The notes under the pieces are model-generated. The model was not told the DNA's origin. It did no database searches and saw nothing but the letters and a program-made list of their open reading frames with translations. This document shows positions 13,597-25,864 of a DNA stretch of 64,000 nt, one piece after another. This DNA comes from Octopus vulgaris (lineage: Eukaryota). Each line of letters begins with the position of its first letter. Within the stretch, counting starts at the first letter, position 1. The stretch spans positions 50,406,001-50,470,000 of the forward strand of contig OX597835.1 of the NCBI GenBank assembly GCA_951406725.2, written 5' to 3'. A program made the translations under genes and the position numbers.

Positions 13597-14703
13597 TTAA
13601 TTAAGTAAGCACCCTCTAAACAGATTCTTCATAAATGTAATTTTCCCTTTAAATCAAGTTTTTCAGGAGTGAGGGTTGTAGGGAGCAGTTATTTTACACT
13701 TGAGATGTCCATTTAGAGTCCATGCTTGATCCTGGTACCCCATTTCTATGAATTCTGCCAAATCTCGTTTGGTAGAGTAAAATTAGATGGCTTAGTGGTT
13801 AAGCTACTGTAGCCACGTTTGTAATGACATAGGTTCACTTCCCTGTCTGGGCATTGCATTGTGTCTTTGGGTAAAGCACTTTATTCCATGTTGCTCCTGT
13901 CTGCCAAGCTGCAAATGAAATGTGTCTACTGCGATATTTCAACATCGTAGGCAAGGAGTTTTCCATACAACTTTACTGCATGTGACAGGAACTGGCCACA
14001 CTTATTAATGGTTAGGTTAATCCACATTACTCAGTAAGGAGTAGCATAAGGCCAGTTTCTTGGTTTCCTCTATGGACAGGACGCCTGTCCATCGCCAGAT
14101 TACTCATTTTTACCAGCTGAGTGGACCAGAGTAATGTGAAATGAAGTGTTTTGCTCAAAAATACAATGCACTGCCCAATCCAGAAATCGAAGCCACACTC
14201 TTACAATCATGAGTCCAATACCCTAACCACTAAGCCATGTGCTTCTATACTTATAAATGGTGACCTTCTGGAATGTGAACAGTGGAGTTTATTGCTGTGA
14301 TGTTCCCTGTGCTACATAATAATTCCTGGCACTTGACATGTTGCATCCATTCTGGTGTTCATTTAAACTAATGAATGGGATCTGATTTTGAGATACAAAA
14401 AATGAGACATTTCATCCATTGTATCTACAAAGCACCACTGTAGAGTGGTGCTTTGTGGACCATTAGCACCCAAAATCATGCAAACACAATACGTCAACAA
14501 CCTTTGAGGTTGTTTTGCTCAAGAACACAAGGCATTGCCCAGTCCAGGAATCACAATCACAATCTTATAATCGGGAGTCCAACACCCTAACCACTAAGCC
14601 ATGCACCTCCTCATAATCATGAGTGATGAGTCCAATAGAAGAAGGATTTTTTTGGTACATGATTTCTCTACTTTCTCACAACCAATTAATAGAGAGAAGG
14701 AGT

Positions 14704-14761
<58 letters not shown>

Positions 14762-15811
14762 AGACAATAAAAAATTGACTCCAGCGTTTGTGATGGTGCA
14801 TGAGAAGACCTATTGGATGTTGCTAAATAAACAGAGAAAAACAGGGTCGAAGCCAATCCTGGATATTTCATGAATGAGAAAAGGCTAAAGTTGTGAAAAG
14901 GTTTTAGTTCTCAGTTGTGTCTCAACTTCAAATGCTGTTTTCTCAAAAAGTCCTATTTTCTGGGTTGCGTCTGCTTATCTGTGAAAAATGACATATCTTG
15001 GTCAAATATTAAGATATTTGGAAAGTTTAAAGTGTTCTAAAATCTGTAAGTTATGCTCTTTCTGAATAAAACATAAAACGCCATTTCAGATTTTTCACCA
15101 TGTTAATGGTTATTCCATGCGTCATCACATTTGATTGATACTAGATCTTTTGACTCTGGGAAGGATTAAGGCAAAATTGATCTTGGTGGAATTCAAACTC
15201 AGAGTGCAGAGAACTGGAACAAATATTACAAGAAATTTTATTCAATGCTCTAATGACTGTCGATTTGTTCGTTTGAAAAGGTTTACTTTAAAATTAACTG
15301 CTAAGATTTTCATGTAAATGATATTAGATATAGTAATAAGGCAGTGAGCTGGTAGAATTCTTAGAAAAATTCTGGAAATATTTGCTTTGCTGGCTATTTC
15401 CATTCTAAGTTCTAATCCTAATATACAAAAAGAAATGTTATTTTCCATCTTACTGTTAATTTTGTTTCGATTTGAAAAATAAAAATTTATTTTATGATCT
15501 ATTATTGTTTATATTTTGAATTACATATATATGGTGACACCAAGATCTTTCAAGTGCTTAGGGCGTCCAAGGGTCTTAATCTGACCCTGCTAACATAGCC
15601 AGGTGTTTCACCTTGGTTCAGTGTTTCAGCAGGAAATAAACCTTGAATTCAATTACAGTTTAATTAAATTTTGATGCAAATCATTTTGTCTGTTAAGGGA
15701 GGTGTGTGGGATTTGTCTGGAGGATTTCTCAGAAGCCCTCCAAGACTGATGACATGTAAATGATTATCATTCCTTCCCAACAGTTGATTGATTTTTTTTT
15801 TTTTGTTGCAG

Positions 15812-15924
15812 CATAAATGAAAAGAAAATGAAAACAAGCACAACAAGTAGCATTTCCAACTCGGATTCCTTGGAGGACTTCGGAATTCTACAACCTCTAA
15901 CGCGGATGGTTTCTGTTACTACCA
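15812..15924 (+). CDS. VPS13: VPS13 exon 7
   Basis: poly-T tgttgcag|C...ACCA|gtatgt; phase 2 to 1; INEKKMKTSTTSSISNSDSLEDFGILQPLTRMVSVTT. Confidence 0.82.
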
Positions 15925-17555
15925 GTATGTAGACCTCACATTTTCAAAGGACTGTGACTCTGTGTGTGTGTGTGTGTGTGTGTATGTGTGTGTGTGTGTG
16001 TGTGTGTGCATGCTATGTTTCAAGCATTTTTAGACCATTTTCTAATGACTGAAACAAATAAACAATAAAAGATAAATTAAAGCTATCATAATTTTATACG
16101 AGAATATTTTGTAGAGCTATGCCATGAACCCCAGTCTCTTCTGTCTATTTGCATTGAGTATGAAGATGGATATGTAACATGTCCCATCAATTATACATTT
16201 GTGTGATATTGTTCCAATACTAATTGCCACTTAATAACATATGGGAGTGTGGTACCCCACAGAGATACTGTGAGTATTGAGGAGTAGTTACACCTGTATT
16301 GGTCATCATAACACAAGCAGTATTAATAATATTTATTCAGGATTCTCTTTCTTGAAGGAGGAGTCTGGAAGAAACCAGCATCAAGTGTTTCACCCTTTAG
16401 CATTCAGATTACTCAGTCAAATGTAATGCTTGCTTATTTCACATTGTTTTGAATTAAAAATATCTCATAGCTTTGAAAACTTAGTGATGTGAATGGTTAT
16501 TTTTAGAATGACATTGTAGGTTTAGTGTGAGAGGTTGGATCTGGCCAGTTTGAACCTAAGACAGATGGAATATTTGAGCCAGATGTGGCTGATTTGAATG
16601 CCAAAGGGTTATTTGACTTGTTCATTGTTTTACTTAACCCTAAAAGTGGGTTGATGACAAGCAAAGCTGACTTTGGGAGAATTTAAATTCAGGATGTAAA
16701 GAAATGCAATTAAATACTAAGACAGGTGTTTTCCGCTACAGCTCCAGTCCAAGCAAAGCCTTGTGAGTGGATTTACTTGAAAGAAGCTGAAAGAAGACCA
16801 TTGTGTCCATGTATGTGTATATATACATATATGTATCAGATACTTGTGTGTGTATGCGTGTAAACACACATTTGTCTATGTGTACTTATATGTATAAATA
16901 GACATGTAAATGTATGTGTGCACACTTACAGTATACAACCAATAAATGTTAAAATACTTAGGTTAAAATACTTAGGTTAAAATACTTAGGTCCTAACAAA
17001 TCCTGAAACTGAACATATAGATGCATGTACATACATATATATGTATATATAAGTATTTGCTTTGTATCTCTTTGCCTTGATATCACATGATAGTTGCAAA
17101 TAAGTATCACCATCGTACAAGTCATGTCATTCATTTCCACTCTTCTATGAAAACATGTCCAGTTGTGACAAAATATTAACTTACTTGGAAACAGGTGAAG
17201 GTTGGTAACAGGAAGGGCATCTAACTGCAGAAAATCTACTTCAGTGAATTCTTTCTGATCTATGCAAGTATGGAAAAGTGGACATTAAAATGAAGATAAT
17301 GATGATGAAGGCATGGTTCTTTGATGATTCTGCTAGCCTTAGTAACATTAGCTTAATTATGATAAAATTATTTCACTGATTCCCTTCAAAAATCACTTCT
17401 CAGTCTTTGAATAAAATCAGGGTGTATGTATTCCTCTAATTCTTGATTATTTTGAATTATGTCACTTTAAAGGACATAGGCTAGTGTATGTCATTAAAAA
17501 TAACATCACAGAAAGTATTGTTATTCTGGGTTTTTCTATTGTTTCATTGAAGCAG

Positions 17556-17663
17556 ATGATGTTCCAGACAATTTGGTAAAATTCAGCTTTTGTGCAGCTA
17601 TCAAAGATGTCAACTTCAAAGTCTGTGATTCTGAAAACGACATTGCTGACATCCATATCCTTG
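17556..17663 (+). CDS. VPS13: VPS13 exon 8 (alternative acceptor at 17553)
   Basis: tgaagcag|AT...CTTG|gtaagt; phase 1 to 1; DVPDNLVKFSFCAAIKDVNFKVCDSENDIADIHIL. Confidence 0.9.
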
Positions 17664-18124
17664 GTAAGTTTCCTCATTTTCATGGTCTTCCTTTTCTCCA
17701 AGTTCAACAAAAATGAGACTTTTCATTCTAGAAATAAGGAAATCAGTAATTATATAAAGACACAGTAAAGACTGACATATTCAATGTGGTGTGCAGAGGA
17801 GATGTAGACACTGTTGAACAATACTTAATTCAACCAAACAAAGGGAACAATCCAAAATAAAAAGAAATAAACTCCTTTGAAATGATTTATAGCATCGGAT
17901 ACTGAAATGTTTGGAACTGGAAAAAGGTAATACAATGAGGGGAAGAATAATCTAACCTTTGGTAGATGTGGTAACAACTCCAGACATATTTCAGTCTTAT
18001 TAACCCTCCTTGGCAGATGAGTGATGTTCCTTTCTTTTTCTTTGTTCTTTCTTTTCCTTCTTTTGATCTCTCATATTTCACCTTCTCTCTTTCTCCTTCT
18101 TTTCTTGTTTTTTTTCCATTTTAG

Positions 18125-18418
18125 AGGAAGAAAAACAAAAAAGTACAATCCTTTAAAAGTTGAAATTGGAAGAATTTGGAGCAGGCAAACAATAAAGGTT
18201 GTGCCTATAATAATTAGTGCACTGGGAACAGTAAGCAAAGATATAGACAAACGGCTTGTCTCTTAAGGACAGCAAGGATTATCAGGAGGGTTCTAAGCAC
18301 TTGAAAGACTGCTGAAAACTTATGGATACCCAAGGTTACTGGTAGTAACCTACTACCCACATAAATCCTACCAGGAATAAGACCGAACCTGAGTCAAACC
18401 AAAATAATAGCAAGAGCA
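18125..18418 (+). mobile_element. 3' fragment of R4/Dong-like element
   Basis: KKYNPLKVEIGRIWSRQTIKVVPIIISALGTV, typical of a REL C-terminus; ends in (TAA)n. Confidence 0.7.
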
Positions 18419-18425
18419 ATAATAA

Positions 18426-18456
<31 letters not shown>

Positions 18457-18461
18457 AATAT

Positions 18462-18830
18462 TGTATCCAATGGTCAGGTGCACTACAACTGGTTGGAATA
18501 GGGTAAAAAGGGTAAAGAAAGCAGTCATAAGTAAAGAAAGACAACAATGAGAGGGAGAAATACATGCATAGTACATAAGATATGATACGAAAAGAGAGAA
18601 AAGTTAACAGTGAGAGAGCCATAAAAAGGAAAGGGTATATAGGTATGTGAAGAGCAATGTTGGTGAATTTTGGGAAGTACGGAATCTTTGAAGGATGCAG
18701 TGTCCTGACAGCTAACAACTGATGCAGGTAGAGCATCCCATGCTTCAGTAATATTATGAGCATGAAAAAGTAGTTCTGAAAGTCATGAGTACACTGCACT
18801 ATTTCTCTTCTTTCCTGTACCATTTTCCTT
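18462..18830 (-). mobile_element. CR1-like LINE 3' end
   Basis: Minus strand encodes HDFQNYFFMLIIAEAWDALPASVVSCQDTASFK, a CR1/L2-type ORF2 C-terminus. Confidence 0.65.
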
Positions 18831-18943
18831 CGGTCAGTTACTTTTTTTCTTCCTTCTTTATCTCCCAAGAAATAATATAACCAAGGTAACCAAAAATATT
18901 CTTTGGGTTGTAATTTTATTTTCAAATTTTATATTTTTATCAG

Positions 18944-19047
18944 ATCTTGAGTCTCAGGTCCTGATGAAATCAAACAAGACATTAGTGTTTTGTGGTTTGA
19001 AAGACCTGAATATGAAAGACTGTTCACCTGGTGCTATTTACCCAAAT
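18944..19047 (+). CDS. VPS13: VPS13 exon 9
   Basis: tttatcag|AT...AAT|gtaagc; phase 1 to 0; DLESQVLMKSNKTLVFCGLKDLNMKDCSPGAIYPN. Confidence 0.9.
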
Positions 19048-19564
19048 GTAAGCATTGTTTTATTTCCCTTAAAATTTAATTTTAGATGTCATCTGATTAA
19101 TATTAATATTTTATGAACCCTTTTGATACCAACCCACCTGAAACCATTCCTGGTTCTATGAAACAAACTCCTTTTTCTAAACCTTGTTTGAAAATTCCAT
19201 GTTAAATTATGTCCCAAATAACAACAAAGTTATTCTATTAAATTCTTTGTTATTTTCAAAATTCATTGAAACAAATGCAGCGTATTTCAACAGAAATATG
19301 ATAACGAAATGGTTAAATTAATTAGTGTAAAAATCTTTACAAAATATCTTTTATCTTTTACTTATTTCAGTCATTAGACTGCAGCCATGAAGAATTTTTA
19401 GGTAAATGAATCAATCCCAGTACTTAATTTTTTTTTAAAGCATGGTACTTTGTCTATCAATCTCTTGCTGAACTGCTAAGTTACGATGAAATAAACTTCC
19501 CAGCACCAGTTGTCAAGTGGTTGTGGGGGATAAACGCAGACACAAAAACACATATACACACACA

Positions 19565-19595
<31 letters not shown>

Positions 19596-19850
19596 CCATG
19601 CTATATATATATATATATATATATACACAACAAATCTCTTAGTTTCTGTCTACCATATCCACCCACAAAGTTTTGGCCAACCTGAGGCTATAGTTGAAGA
19701 TACTTGCCCTAGTTGTCATGCGGTGGGATTGAACCCTGAACCATATGGTTGGGAAACAAGCTTCTTACCACACAATCTCACCTGTGCCTATTTATGGATA
19801 GATATTAATTTTTGTCTCATATAATTTAAAATTTCTTTGTCTCTTTTCAG

Positions 19851-19889
19851 ATCATAATGCTTGAAAAGTCAAACCTATTTGAACTGGAG
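19851..19889 (+). CDS. VPS13: VPS13 exon 10 (39-nt micro-exon)
   Basis: cttttcag|ATC...GAG|gtgagg; phase 0 to 0; IIMLEKSNLFELE. Confidence 0.82.
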
Positions 19890-20111
19890 GTGAGGCATAT
19901 TTTGGTATTGAATCTTATTGAAACAGCTTTAAATATAAATAACCATCTAATTTTTGGCAGCTGCTTTATTCTATATCCAAGTTTCTGCTTTTCTGAATGC
20001 TTTCTTCATGGTGATGGCATTGATGACTAAGTAGACCAATTCTTGTGTAGAAAAGCTGATGGCATTAACTGCATGTTAATATTGGTGCAGGATGAGGTTG
20101 ATTTTATAGAG

Positions 20112-20179
<68 letters not shown>

Positions 20180-20418
20180 GTCCTTTGATAGGCAATGATG
20201 TTGTTTCTTTTCTCCAATCTACAAAGAGATAAGTTAAAAATAAAACTGTTTTCTAGTTTAAAATTAAAAAACAATAAAATGTTTACTGCTTATCTTTTTT
20301 GTGAATAACAAAAATATAGAAAACTCATTTTCTGTTTTTTCTTTTGCTCTAATTTTGCCAAAATCAAATAAAAGGACAATGTATATTCTTGTTTTTTTTT
20401 TTCTTTTGCACTTTTCAG

Positions 20419-20535
20419 TTTATATACTACAATAAGATTCATGGGAAGAATAAAAAGAACCCAGATTACAAAATCCGGTTACGTGTTGGTCAACTTCAAG
20501 TTGTGTGCCTCGCAAAATTTTTCTGGGACCTCACT
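20419..20535 (+). CDS. VPS13: VPS13 exon 11
   Basis: cttttcag|TTT...ACT|gtaagt; phase 0 to 0; FIYYNKIHGKNKKNPDYKIRLRVGQLQVVCLAKFFWDLT. Confidence 0.9.
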
Positions 20536-20982
20536 GTAAGTTTTAGTTAACTTCTTTGCAAAAATGTATGTTTGGTTGTAGAATGAATTTATTATAATAC
20601 AGATACAAGACCAATTTTCTGTTACTCTTGGTGCCAAACCCATGCCAGATGACCTGTTTCTCTGGATTAACAGAAGGCTTGTAATAATAATTATTCCTAG
20701 AAGATTATCAGTACATTATTAATAATTATTTTCACAACTAAGCCTTCATGACAAGCCTTTGTTTATACAATAGAAACAAAACATTTTCCCAGTCCTTCAC
20801 CTATAGTAATATTAGGTGCAAACAGAATCTAACCCCTAGAACCCTACTCGTCCTTCTCTTGTAATGCAACTGCAAAGAGAACATATTTACTTTTCCTTCC
20901 TTCAAGCTAGGATGCTGTATTCTTCACAGTAAAGGTAAATTATTTATTAATTTGCTCTTCCCAAAGAGAGGGGTCTTTAAAG

Positions 20983-21210
20983 TAGTGGTTCCCAACCATT
21001 TTTTACCTATGGACCCCTTTTGATTCCTGCTTTACTTGGATGGACCCTTATAGTCACTTGATGTTTAAAAACATCCTGTTATATTTTTATAATTAAATAT
21101 TATGAGGAATTGTTTAAAAAATATTTTGTGTTTTCTCAAAGCTTAACCAGTTTATTGCATATAAATCTTCAACAGCAAAACTTTATATGGACCCCACTTC
21201 AGAACCACTG
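20983..21210. mobile_element. hAT (Charlie/MER5-like) MITE; sister copy 41431-41635
   Basis: TAGTGGTTC...GAACCACTG termini with a perfect 8-bp TSD CTTTAAAG (20975-20982 and 21211-21218). Confidence 0.85.
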
Positions 21211-22228
21211 CTTTAAAGGGTTAACATAGAGTTTTAGATTAAGTTTTAAACATTTGCCTCTTTATATCATTATAGTTAGATGTGGGGAGAGTGTTTCCAC
21301 TCTTGTGGTATGTTACAAGTGAATAAACTAATTCATGTCATGAAGGCCTGGCAGTCTATGAGTTATTTATAATGGACATGAGAAATTAAGTGTCCTTCTA
21401 ATAATTGTGTCTGGATTAATAGATGTACCATCAGTTGCTGGGGAAGCCCTGCTGTAGCTCGAATGTATTTCATTGGTCTGTAGACATATTGTAAAAGTAG
21501 AAAATATTGAAACAATGTTGTTTGTGGGTTGACAAGATTGGTAGAAATTTTCAAAATATATTCCACAACAGTTGAAATATATTTAAAAAGAAAGTGTAAC
21601 AAAGTTGTACATTATTCAGTGCATATTTGTTAATGAAAATGAAGAAAATCAAATTCTGATGGATGCATCATTTTTGGTGCTAGCAAATGGTTCTCTGTTG
21701 GCCTTGATGATGATTGCTCAGTTGGTTAATCAACTGAACAACCTGCTTATTGAATCCGCATGTCATTGGCCAAGAATTCCAGACACATGTGGGTAGCATT
21801 AGCATAATCCTAAATAAAATCAATGTGACAAAGGTGGACTTCTAAATTATAGAAACAACCTACATGATTGGTTTCCAAGCAGTTTCCAGCTGCAAAGTAT
21901 AACTCATACAACATGGAATGACACTTGCCCATACAAGGACCATACAGTGGTACCTAACTGGTGGAAGGGAGCAACTATTAACCTCATTCTTAACTTCATT
22001 CTTAAGAAATAAAAACATTGACTTTTTTTTTTTAATATTAACATGTACACTATGTTTCTTGGATGTGTGCTCAATACCGGATCTGAATTTAAACTAGAAA
22101 ATAGAAGAGGAATCAGTATACATGGGCAGAAGTGGTGAAAAATCTGATTTCAGGATGCTGTGTTTCTCTGTCATCTCAGAGGAGATGACAAAGGAATACA
22201 AGTGGCCAATGCTTTGTTGAAGAGGATG

Positions 22229-22295
<67 letters not shown>

Positions 22296-22315
22296 TATAT
22301 GTTGGCTGGACCTCA

Positions 22316-22361
<46 letters not shown>

Positions 22362-22389
22362 CATTGAGAATGTGTCTGAGACATCTGTG

Positions 22390-22575
22390 ATGAAAACGTT
22401 CAAGGACCCTTACCTGACGTTTGTACAGAGTCTATGTCTCACGTGAGTAAAGAAGTGATGTCAGTACACAAGCACGGTACACAGCAACTTTTGTTCTCCT
22501 TGCGATGCCATGTTGGGACCAGACACGAGACTGAAGAGACCGGAAGGAATTAGTTGCTCTCTGCAACCTGAAAGA
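22390..22575 (-). mobile_element. RTE-clade LINE fragment
   Basis: [45 protein letters not shown], the post-RT thumb region of RTE/BovB-like ORFs. Confidence 0.7.
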
Positions 22576-22703
22576 TATATGTATATGAGGTGGAAGACTT
22601 GGGATGAAGTGGTGAAGCATGACCTTTGCACTTACAATATGTAAAACTTTGATTGCAATGTTTTAGTAAAATTTTATTAAACTTCTCCAAATTTCCCTTT
22701 CAG

Positions 22704-22781
22704 AGGTTTTTTGAACCAATTGTTACTCCAACCCTTATTGATGAGACTGGTGCTGCTGTCTCAAGAACCGTCACTAAAAAT
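22704..22781 (+). CDS. VPS13: VPS13 exon 12
   Basis: cctttcag|AGG...AAT|gtttgt; phase 0 to 0; RFFEPIVTPTLIDETGAAVSRTVTKN; weak donor. Confidence 0.78.
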
Positions 22782-23011
22782 GTTTGTCTCACTTCTTTCC
22801 ATTTATTTTCTTTTACTGCAACTTATTACCAATAATATTCTTAAAGTTCTATCTTTAAATATTGGTGAGGGGGGGGGGGAACCCACCCCCTCATTTTATT
22901 GTATTCAAACTCTACTGAGGTCAAATTTGCTTTTGTCTTTTCGGGGTCAAAATAAAATATGACCAATACTGAGGGTGATTCTCTCTTTCTCATACTCTTC
23001 TTTCTCTCACT

Positions 23012-23051
<40 letters not shown>

Positions 23052-23539
23052 ACTACTCAATCATCAGCTATGACCAGACCTGTAGAGGAATAGACTTGGC
23101 TGGTTTAAAATGCTCAAGTCATGTGACTCCATCAGGAGCAGAGGAACCAAAGACGGAAAGATGTAATGACACAGAGTGTGACAAGGCTGGCCCTTTCAGA
23201 TGCAGGTCCTACTAATGTTTGCCTGCTGAGTGGATGGGAGCAATGTGAAGTGAAGTGCCTTGCTCAAGGTCACAATGCACCACCACCAAGAATCGAACTC
23301 ATGACCTTACGATCGTCAGCTGAATACCCGCTGACCACTAACCTGACCACATACTCTGCAAAGAAAAACAAAAGCTACACTCAAAGCAAATTTCTGTGCA
23401 ACATTCACAGAAGGAATATTGGTCCTGGGGCTTTAGTCATGGAGTTATCTACTTATTTTAGAACCATTCCCATAACACCCGTTATCAGAGCTCTGATTTT
23501 AACTTGCCTGCATGGCAAATAAAAGAAATCCTCCTCTTC

Positions 23540-23699
23540 CTCATCATCATTATTATTATCATTATTATTATTATCATTATTATTATTATTATCATTATTA
23601 TTATTATTATTATTATTATCATTATTATTATTATTATTATCATTATTATTATCATTATTATTATTATTATTATTATCATTATTATTATTATTATTATTA

Positions 23700-23733
<34 letters not shown>

Positions 23734-23768
23734 CATCATTATTATTATTGTTATTATTATTATTATCA

Positions 23769-23802
<34 letters not shown>

Positions 23803-23864
23803 CATTATTATTATTATTATTATCATTATTATTATTATCATTATTATTATTATTATTATTATCA

Positions 23865-23909
<45 letters not shown>
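23540..23909. repeat. Compound (TTA/TCA)n microsatellite of about 370 bp
   Basis: Directly visible; source of the spurious poly-I/N/Y/L ORFs. Confidence 0.97.
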
Positions 23910-23910
<1 letters not shown>

Positions 23911-24566
23911 GGTGGCATGCTGGCAGAATCATTAACGTGCTGGACAAAATGCTTAGCAGTATTTCACCTGACACTATGTTCTGAGTTCAAATTCTACTGA
24001 GGTTGACTTTGCTTTTCATCTTTTTGGGGTCAATAAAATAAGTACCAGTTGAACACTGGGGGTCAATGTAATCAACTCATCCCCCCCACGCCCCAAATTT
24101 CTGCCCTTGTGACAAAATTTGAAACCATTATTATCATTAAAATGGCAGTGAGCTGGCAGAGTGGTTAGCATGCTGGGTGAAATGCTTAGCAGCATTTCAT
24201 CAGTCTTTATGTTCCGAGTTCAAATTCTGCCAAGGTTGACTTTGCCTTTCATCCTTTCAGGGTTGACAAATTAAGTACCAGTGGAACACTGGAGTCAATG
24301 TAATTGACTAATCTCCACTCCCTAAAATTGTGCCTATAATAGAAAGAATTATTATTATTATTAAGGCAGAATCATTAGCATGCAGGGCGAAATTCTTAGT
24401 GATATTTTGTCTGCCACTGCATTCTGAGTTCAAATTCCACGAAGGTTGACTTTGCCTTTCATCCTTTCAGGGTCAATTAAATATGTACCAGATATGTACT
24501 GGGGTCAATGTAATCAGCTTAATCCCATCCCCTAAATTTGAGGCCTTATGCTTCCAGTAGAAAAGA

Positions 24567-24568
<2 letters not shown>
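23909..24568 (+). mobile_element. Three head-to-tail SINE family A copies separated by TTA tracts
   Basis: Unit GGCAGAATCATTAGCATGC...GAGTTCAAATT...CTTTGCCTTTCATCCTTT...GTACCAG repeated three times. Confidence 0.8.
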
Positions 24569-24630
<62 letters not shown>

Positions 24631-25186
24631 TGAGTGAGAGAGCAGCGCATGTCATCAAAGTGACACTGGAGTAAAATATACGACGCCCAGTATACCCATC
24701 TTGACTACCCGTCTGATAAGGGTACACTAGGCACATGCATCACAACCATATGTGCGCGACAAGGTGATCTTATATCAAGATAAACAGCGCATGACCTTGC
24801 GGGTGGGGCCCAGTTAGAATTTTCTTCTGGTTGAGTAGCCCATCCCACTGAAAAGATCCCTGAATAAGGGTTGTTTAAGGATGTTGAAAGAACCACCCAT
24901 GTTTCCAGAGGGGAATTATCCAAACCTCCAAGAATTCCTTTCAATACATGGCTATGATGCTCCCCCACTACTTCTGCTCATGATCAGAGATGCACATATC
25001 GTCAGCCACTAAGGGACATGGTCAACTGGCTAAGGTCAAACAACTGACAAGCAAATCTGTGGTATTGAGCAGAATATTTGCTGTAGCCCATCTTTTATTT
25101 CAAGACAAAACAATGTACATGATAACACTTCCAATCAGTTAAGATCAGAAGCCATGAGAACCACTGACTGGTACTGCATCAGGGCA
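24631..25186 (-). mobile_element. Non-coding microsatellite-embedded element of about 550 bp, copy 1
   Basis: Same sequence and same ends (TGAGTGAGAGAGCAG...CATCAGGGCA) as 27830-28370 and 36660-37212; strand inferred from the (TAA)n tail. Confidence 0.85.
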
Positions 25187-25560
25187 TTTATTATTATTAT
25201 TATTATTATTATCATTCTTCTTCTTCTTCTTCTTCTTCTTCTTCTTCTTCTTCTTCGTCTTCGTCTTCTTCTTCAGTAGTTTTATTTTTATAGCGTGCTT
25301 TCACTTCACTACCGAGCACAGCTCTGTGTGCCTTAGGTATGTTCTGTGGTTTGTTGTGATGCTCTGATGCTTACTGTATTGAAGGTGTTCTGCGTAGGAT
25401 GTGTGCAGTGCCCAGTAGTGTAATTTTCTGTATGTTATATGTAAGTCCTGGTGTTTTTGTTATGTTTTTGTCTGAATATTTATTTATGATACCTAATGTT
25501 CCCACCATGATAGGAATTTAGAGACACGTTGTCATCTGCTGGTATGATACATCAATTAGA

Positions 25561-25597
<37 letters not shown>

Positions 25598-25605
25598 TAT
25601 TTATT

Positions 25606-25641
<36 letters not shown>

Positions 25642-25652
25642 TTTCCTAATAG

Positions 25653-25864
25653 ATGAACCGTATGAAGCTGCATCATGTACACACCAGTTTCAACTTTGAT
25701 GTGTATGCTCCAATATTACTGATTCCAAAACATTCCAAATCAACTGACCTACTGTACATACGTCTTGGCTATCTGAAACTGAGAAACTTTTTCGAAATAA
25801 CAAAAGAACCAGACCAAGAATGGAACCATATCTTCCTCACACTCAGTTCCATCAAAATTAGCAG
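25653..25864 (+). CDS. VPS13: VPS13 exon 13
   Basis: cctaatag|ATG...AGCAG|gtattt; phase 0 to 2; MNRMKLHHVHTSFNFDVYAPILLIPKHSKSTDLLYIRLGYLKLRNFF...LSSIKIS. Confidence 0.92.

Noticed and set aside
23453-23984. Long poly-N/I/Y/L ORFs on both strands
   Set aside because: They are translations of the (TTA/TCA)n microsatellite.
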